Of a DNA stretch of 32,000 nt, positions 27,596 to 32,000 are shown one piece after another. This stretch comes from Rhodococcus sacchari (GTDB lineage: Bacteria > Actinomycetota > Actinomycetes > Mycobacteriales > Mycobacteriaceae). The position numbers were made by a program, and so were the translations under genes. The stretch spans positions 2,504,668-2,536,667 of the forward strand of contig NZ_CP107551.1 in NCBI RefSeq assembly GCF_025837095.1, written 5' to 3'. The notes under the pieces were generated by a model. It searched no databases. It was given only the letters and a program-made list of their open reading frames with translations, and was not told the origin of the DNA. Numbering within the stretch: the first letter of the stretch is position 1; each line of letters opens with the position of its first letter.

Positions 27596-29755
27596 CTACT
27601 TCAGGCCGGCGGCGTCCATGCCGCGCAGTTCCTTCTTCAGGTCGGAGATCTCGTCGCGCAGGCGGGCGGCGAGCTCGAACTGCAGGTCGCGGGCGGCCTG
27701 CATCATCTGGTCGGTGAGCTGCTGCACCAGATCGGCGAGTTCGGCGCGCGGCATGGTGGAGGTGTCGCGGCCCTCGACGACGCCGGAGCTGACCGCACGT
27801 CCGGATTCGCCCTGGGCGCGGCGCCCGCGCGAGGCGTTGCGCCCGGAGCCGCCGACCTCGACGGTCTCGGTGTCCTCGGCCTCCTGGTAGACCTGGTCGA
27901 GGATGTCGGCGATCTTCTTGCGCAGCGGCTGCGGGTCGATGCCGTGCTCGGTGTTGTAGGCGATCTGCTTCTCGCGGCGCCGCTCGGTCTCCTCGATGGC
28001 CCGCGCCATCGAGTCGGTGATCTTGTCGGCGTACATGTGCACCTCGCCGGAGACGTTGCGGGCCGCGCGGCCGATCGTCTGGATCAGCGAGGTGGTCGAG
28101 CGCAGGAAACCTTCCTTGTCGGCGTCGAGGATCGCCACGAGCGACACCTCGGGCAGGTCGAGGCCCTCGCGGAGCAGGTTGATGCCGATGAGCACGTCGT
28201 ACTCGCCGAGGCGCAGCTGCCGCAGCAGTTCGACGCGGCGCAGGGTGTCGATGTCGGAGTGCAGGTAGCGCACCCGGATGCCGAGTTCGAGCAGGTAGTC
28301 GGTGAGGTCCTCGGCCATCTTCTTGGTGAGGGTGGTGACGAGGACGCGTTCGTCGCGGTCGGCGCGTTCGCGGATCTCGTGCACGAGATCGTCGATCTGC
28401 CCCTTGGTGGGCTTGACGACGACCTTCGGGTCGACGAGGCCGGTGGGGCGGATGACCTGCTCGACGAACTCGCCTCCGGTCCGCCCGAGTTCGTAGGGGC
28501 CGGGGGTGGCCGACAGGTAGACCGTCTGCCCGATGCGGGCGACGAACTCCTCCCAGGTCAGGGGCCGGTTGTCGACGGCCGACGGGAGCCGGAACCCGAA
28601 GTCGACGAGGTTGCGCTTGCGCGACATGTCGCCCTCGTACATCGCGCCGATCTGCGGCACGGTGACGTGCGACTCGTCGATGACGAGGAGGAAGTCCTCG
28701 GGGAAGTAGTCGATGAGCGTCGCGGGCGCGGAGCCGGCGGGGCGTCCGTCGATGTGGCGGGAGTAGTTCTCGATGCCGGAACAGAAGCCGACCTGCCGGA
28801 TCATCTCGATGTCGTACTGGGTGCGCATGCGCAGCCGCTGCGCCTCGAGCAGTTTGCCGCGGTTCTCCAGGTCGGCCAGGCGTTCCTCGAGTTCGGCCTC
28901 GATGCTCGCGACGGCGCGTTCCATGCGTTCGGGACCGGCGACGTAGTGGGTGGCCGGGAAGATGCGCAGGGAGTCGACCTTGCGGACGACGTCGCCGGTG
29001 AGCGGGTGCAGGTAGTACAGGGCGTCGATCTCGTCGCCGAAGAACTCGATGCGCACGGCGAGTTCCTCGTAGGCGGGGATGATGTCGACGGTGTCGCCCT
29101 TGACGCGGAACGATCCGCGGGTGAACGCCGTGTCGTTGCGGGTGTACTGGACGTCGACGAGCAGACGCAGCAGCGCGTCGCGGGGCACCTCCACGCCGAC
29201 CTCGAGCTGGATGGACCGGTCGAGATAGGACTGCGGCGTGCCGAGGCCGTAGATGCACGAGACGGAGGCGACGACCACCACGTCGCGGCGCGAGAGCAGC
29301 GACGAGGTGGCCGAGTGCCGCAGCCGTTCGACGTCGTCGTTGATCGACGAGTCCTTCTCGATGTAGGTGTCGGTCTGCGCGATGTACGCCTCGGGCTGGT
29401 AGTAGTCGTAGTACGAGACGAAGTACTCGACGGCGTTGTGCGGCAACATCTCCCGCAGCTCGTTGGCGAGCTGGGCAGCGAGGGTCTTGTTGGGGGCCAT
29501 CACCAGGGTGGGCCGCTGCATCCGCTCGATGAGCCAGGCGGTGGTCGCGGACTTGCCGGTGCCGGTGGCGCCGAGCAGGACGACGTCCTTCTCCCCCGCC
29601 TTCAGCCGGCGTTCGAGCTCGTCGATCGCGGCGGGCTGGTCGCCGGCCGGCTCGTACTCGCTGACGACCTTGAAGCGACCTTCGGTGCGCTCGATATCGC
29701 CCACCGGGCGGAACTCCGAGTGGGCGACGACTGGATGTTCACTTGCGAACGCCAT
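27596..29755 (-). CDS. uvrB: excinuclease ABC subunit B
   Basis: 719 aa from ATG 29755: [74 protein letters not shown]...[14 protein letters not shown]...DESHVTVPQ...[27 protein letters not shown], with a C-terminal UVR motif [17 protein letters not shown]. The track ORF (1095 aa) is over-extended. Confidence 0.97.
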   Translation of the reverse strand: MAFASEHPVVAHSEFRPVGDIERTEGRFKVVSEYEPAGDQPAAIDELERRLKAGEKDVVLLGATGTGKSATTAWLIERMQRPTLVMAPNKTLAAQLANELREMLPHNAVEYFVSYYDYYQPEAYIAQTDTYIEKDSSINDDVERLRHSATSSLLSRRDVVVVASVSCIYGLGTPQSYLDRSIQLEVGVEVPRDALLRLLVDVQYTRNDTAFTRGSFRVKGDTVDIIPAYEELAVRIEFFGDEIDALYYLHPLTGDVVRKVDSLRIFPATHYVAGPERMERAVASIEAELEERLADLENRGKLLEAQRLRMRTQYDIEMIRQVGFCSGIENYSRHIDGRPAGSAPATLIDYFPEDFLLVIDESHVTVPQIGAMYEGDMSRKRNLVDFGFRLPSAVDNRPLTWEEFVARIGQTVYLSATPGPYELGRTGGEFVEQVIRPTGLVDPKVVVKPTKGQIDDLVHEIRERADRDERVLVTTLTKKMAEDLTDYLLELGIRVRYLHSDIDTLRRVELLRQLRLGEYDVLIGINLLREGLDLPEVSLVAILDADKEGFLRSTTSLIQTIGRAARNVSGEVHMYADKITDSMARAIEETERRREKQIAYNTEHGIDPQPLRKKIADILDQVYQEAEDTETVEVGGSGRNASRGRRAQGESGRAVSSGVVEGRDTSTMPRAELADLVQQLTDQMMQAARDLQFELAARLRDEISDLKKELRGMDAAGLK

Positions 29756-29762
29756 GCACCCC

Positions 29763-29784
29763 AGGGTAGGCGCTCCCACCGACA
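29763..29784 (-). promoter_or_regulatory. RecA-NDp / PafBC-type DNA-damage promoter motif upstream of uvrB (near-leaderless)
   Basis: Minus strand reads gTGTCGGTG-ggagcgcc-TACCCT-ggggtgc-ATG. This is an exact fit to tTGTCRgtg-N8-TAnnnT. Only 7 nt separate the -10 element from the start codon. Confidence 0.65.
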
Positions 29785-29821
29785 CGGACGCGGGCGCCGC
29801 CTCCGGCGCGCTCCGGCCCGC

Positions 29822-29827
29822 TAGCGT
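29822..29827 (+). promoter_or_regulatory. candidate -10 hexamer TAGCGT giving a leaderless transcript for the DUF402 gene
   Basis: TAGCGT (TAnnnT) is followed by 6 nt (gcaggc) and then ATG at 29834. Confidence 0.4.
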
Positions 29828-29833
29828 GCAGGC

Positions 29834-30343
29834 ATGCCTGCCGTCCCGCATCACGTGAAGACCGAGACGTTCGACGTCGCGGCGCGAACCAATACCGACC
29901 CGAAGGGTTTCGTCCGGCCGGTGGACGTCTACCGCGTCGAGCCGTGGGGCCTGTACATGGCGCGACCGTCGGATCATCCGCAGTTCCACTATCTGGAGTC
30001 GTGGCTGCTGCCGGAGCTGGGCCTGCGGGTGTCGATCTTCCACTTCACACCGGGCAACGAACGCGACCAGGACCGCTACGTCGACGTCGGGCGGTTCTGG
30101 CGCGAGGGCGAGCTGTGGCATTCGCGCGACCATTTCCTCGACCTGGTGGTGCGCACCGGGCGCGAGACGCTCGTCGAGGACGTCGACGAGTTGTTCGCGG
30201 CGGTGGGCGCCGGGCTGCTGGACGCGGACGCGGCGGAGGCGGCGGTGCACACCGCGCTGCGCACCGTCGACGGGATCGCCGCCCACGGCTACGACCTCGA
30301 TGCGTGGCTGCACGCGCAGGGTGCGCCGGTCTCCTGGCGGTGA
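29834..30343 (+). CDS. DUF402 domain protein (position equivalent to M. tuberculosis Rv1632c)
   Basis: 169 aa: [81 protein letters not shown]. Divergent from uvrB, as in mycobacteria. Confidence 0.8.
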   Translation: MPAVPHHVKTETFDVAARTNTDPKGFVRPVDVYRVEPWGLYMARPSDHPQFHYLESWLLPELGLRVSIFHFTPGNERDQDRYVDVGRFWREGELWHSRDHFLDLVVRTGRETLVEDVDELFAAVGAGLLDADAAEAAVHTALRTVDGIAAHGYDLDAWLHAQGAPVSWR

Positions 30344-30371
30344 CCCCGCGGGGCCACCGCCGGGTGCGCGG

Positions 30372-31190
30372 TCAGCGTCCGTCCGCCCCACGCGCGCCGG
30401 AGCGACCTGCCGGTGCGGCGATCCGGCGCCCTGGGCGGCGAGGCCGGCGTGCGTGGGCGGATCCGACGGCACGTGCGCGGGGCGTCGTCGCTCGAATTCG
30501 GTGCGCAGCACCGGCACGACCTCGCGGCCGAGGATCTCGATCTGGTCGAGCACCATCTCGAGCGGCAGCCCGGCGTGGTCGACGAGGAACAGTTGCCGCT
30601 GGTAGTCGCCGGCGTAGTCGGCGAACCCGAGGGTACGTTCGATCACCTGCTCGGGGATGCCGACCGTGAGCGGGGTGGTCGCGGAGAACTCCTCGAACGA
30701 CGGGCCGTGGCCGTAGACGGGGGCATTGTCGGCCCTCCCCGTCGGGGTCGCGTTCGCGCCAGAGGCGGCGCAGCAGGTGGTAGTTCTCGAGGGCGAGCGG
30801 GATGCCCTGGCGGATGTCCTTGCCGAACCAGGGGTGGACGGGCCCGGTGTTGCCGCGGCCGAGCATGAGGTCGACACGACCACCCGAGAGATGCTGCAGC
30901 ATCGCGAAGTCCTCGGCGATCTTCACCGGATCGCTGGTGGTGATCAGAGTGGTCGCGGTGGACAGGATCAGCTTCTCGGTGCGGGCGGCGATCCAGCCGA
31001 GCATCGTGGTCGGCGAGGACGGCACGAAGGGCGGGTTGTGGTGCTCGCCGGACGCGAAGACGTCGAGGCCCACCTCCTCGGCCTTCAGCGCGATCTTCGT
31101 CATCGCGAGGATGCGGTCGTGTTCGGTGGGGATCCGGCCCGTGGTGGGATCGCGGGTCATGTCGCCGATGGTGAAGATGCCGAACTGCAC
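30372..31190 (-). pseudogene. luciferase-like (LLM class) flavin-dependent monooxygenase, disrupted by a frameshift and probable internal deletion near 30725-30740
   Basis: From GTG 31190 (GGAGG 6 nt upstream) the sequence reads VQFGIFTIGDMTRDPTTGRIPTEHDRILAMTKIALKAEEVGLDVFASGEHHNPPFVPSSPTTMLGWIAARTEKL...[14 protein letters not shown], then turns into Arg/Pro-rich nonsense. The conserved continuation [78 protein letters not shown] is in another frame (the N-terminal part of track ORF 27596..30883). Confidence 0.6.
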
Positions 31191-31209
31191 GACGAACCTC
31201 CGCCAAATA

Positions 31210-31223
31210 GTTGAAGTATCAAC
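31210..31223. promoter_or_regulatory. 14-bp palindrome GTTGA-AGTA-TCAAC upstream of the LLM pseudogene
   Basis: Perfect 5-bp arms in an AT-richer patch (ccaaatagttgaagtatcaacc), 20 nt upstream of GTG 31190 on the minus strand. Possible operator or promoter remnant. Confidence 0.3.
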
Positions 31224-31249
31224 CACCCTGACCGAGGGGTCCGCCGGAT

Positions 31250-31285
31250 CATTCCCCGGCGCGGTGCCATTCCCCGGTGCGGTGC
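31250..31285. repeat. 18-bp tandem duplication (cattccccggYgcggtgc x2)
   Basis: Copies at 31250-31267 and 31268-31285 differ at one base. The second copy overlaps the left arm of the coaE terminator hairpin. Confidence 0.85.
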
Positions 31286-31306
31286 GCAGCATGCGCACCG
31301 CACCGG
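31274..31306 (-). terminator. hairpin immediately downstream of the coaE stop (15-bp perfect stem, 3-nt loop)
   Basis: ccggtgcggtgcgca-gca-tgcgcaccgcaccgg, beginning 5 nt after the stop codon at 31311-31313. No U-tract. Confidence 0.55.
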
Positions 31307-31310
31307 AACG

Positions 31311-32000
31311 TCAGGCCGACCAGCCGGTCTTCTCGGCCCACTCCCACGCCCGGTGATAGGCGCGGTCGAACCACGGGGCCTTGAGCGCGGCGTAGGCCGC
31401 GGCCGCCTCGGCACCGGCCTGATGCTGCGCCGCCGCCTCGGCCGCGGCGGTGGCCTCGAGCGCCTCTGCCGCGGCGGTGGCCTCGAGCGCCTCTGCCGCG
31501 GCGGTTGCCTTGAGATCGGCGTACTCCTGCCGCGCCTCGGCGTCGGCCGTCAGCCAGTCGCGCAGCAGCAGCGCGAACTGCTGGGCGGGCCAGCCGTCGA
31601 CACGCACGGCCACCCGCGCGGGACGTCCCGGATCGGCGCTGCCGTGCAGCCGCATCGCCCACACCCCGGGATCGGTCTCGCCACCCGCACCGTAGGAGGG
31701 CTTCGGCTCGTCGCTCACCACGTCCTCGATCCGGGGGAAGCCCGCGGCGGCGAGCGCCGGGGCGAGCGCGTCCGCCGCGTCCAGGTCGGCGACGGTGATC
31801 TGCAGATCGAGCACGTCGACCGCATCCAGTCCGGGCACCGCGGTGGAGCCGACGTGGTCGATCCGCACCGCCGCTCCCCCGGCCGCGAGCGCGAGCCGGG
31901 CGACGAGCCGCTGCGCCTGGCGGTGCCAGTCCTCCCGTGCGGGGACCGGCACGGGCTGCGGGTCGACGACCCGGCCCTCCCGCAGGTTCCGCTCGAACGG
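31311..32000 (-). CDS. coaE: GrpB/UPF0157-domain protein, probably the C-terminal half of long-form dephospho-CoA kinase (5' end beyond the right window edge)
   Basis: RIDHVGSTAVPGLDAVDVLDLQITVADL...WAMRLHGSADPGRPARVAVRVDGWPAQQFALLLRDWL...YADLK is a GrpB-type nucleotidyltransferase-fold domain. The frame stays open upstream of the listed start to position 32000 (PFERNLREGRVVDPQP). M. tuberculosis CoaE (Rv1631) has this domain at its C-terminus and sits next to Rv1632c/uvrB. The kinase domain itself is not visible here. Confidence 0.65.
   Translation of the reverse strand, partial: PFERNLREGRVVDPQPVPVPAREDWHRQAQRLVARLALAAGGAAVRIDHVGSTAVPGLDAVDVLDLQITVADLDAADALAPALAAAGFPRIEDVVSDEPKPSYGAGGETDPGVWAMRLHGSADPGRPARVAVRVDGWPAQQFALLLRDWLTADAEARQEYADLKATAAAEALEATAAAEALEATAAAEAAAQHQAGAEAAAAYAALKAPWFDRAYHRAWEWAEKTGWSA
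31441..31514. repeat. 27-bp in-frame tandem repeat inside the coaE GrpB domain (2 perfect copies plus 1 degenerate)
   Basis: gccgcggcggtggcctcgagcgcctct at 31441-31467 and 31468-31494, then gccgcggcggttgccttgag. It encodes ATAAAEALE-ATAAAEALE-ATAAAEAAA. Confidence 0.9.

Noticed and set aside
27467-29824. 785-aa plus-strand ORF antisense to uvrB, plus the 864-aa (26664..29258) and 1095-aa (27596..30883) minus-strand run-ons
   Set aside because: These are GC-driven open frames. The real genes inside them are the 290-aa hypothetical (start 27536), uvrB (start 29755) and the displaced C-terminal fragment of the LLM pseudogene. The extensions have no homology-like sequence.

Overview
Very GC-rich actinobacterial chromosome, probably Mycobacteriales (Rhodococcus/Nocardia/Gordonia-like; genus not determinable here). 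The housekeeping backbone mirrors the M. tuberculosis Rv1631-Rv1650 region in reverse: pheT(partial)-pheS, a TrmH-family methyltransferase, rplT-rpmI-infC (ATC start), a DUF1844-like gene, uvrA, an MBL-fold hydrolase, a universal stress protein, uvrB, a DUF402 gene and the GrpB-domain end of coaE (partial).

A ~16.6 kb block (9372-26054) sits between the MBL hydrolase and the USP, which are neighbours in M. tuberculosis. It has no integrase, transposase or tRNA. It carries:
- a lone 3501-aa bimodular type I PKS (KS-AT(mm)-DH-KR-ACP-KS-AT(m)-DH*-KR-ACP) with docking-like termini but no loader, ER or TE
- an 82-aa acidic ORF
- a signal-less PhoD-like metallophosphatase
- a DoxX membrane domain fused to 8 x 11-aa amphipathic repeats and a Lys/Ala tail
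- a class-II HelD/HelR-like RNA polymerase-associated ATPase preceded by a 68-bp nested palindrome

The best candidate for something undescribed is the PKS. Its layout is that of mycobacterial Pks12 (a self-docking, modularly iterative synthase) minus both ER domains and with a dead DH2.

Other signals:
- RecA-independent (PafBC-type) DNA-damage promoter motifs upstream of both uvrA and uvrB
- several apparently leaderless promoters
- a 26-bp x ~5.5 tandem array abutting the uvrA stop
- a luciferase-like monooxygenase that looks internally deleted and frameshifted
- an in-frame 27-bp duplication in the coaE GrpB domain
- a macrolide-phosphotransferase-like kinase

Many long ORFs in the track are antisense GC artefacts and were rejected. 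All calls come from reading motifs by eye; no database search was run.
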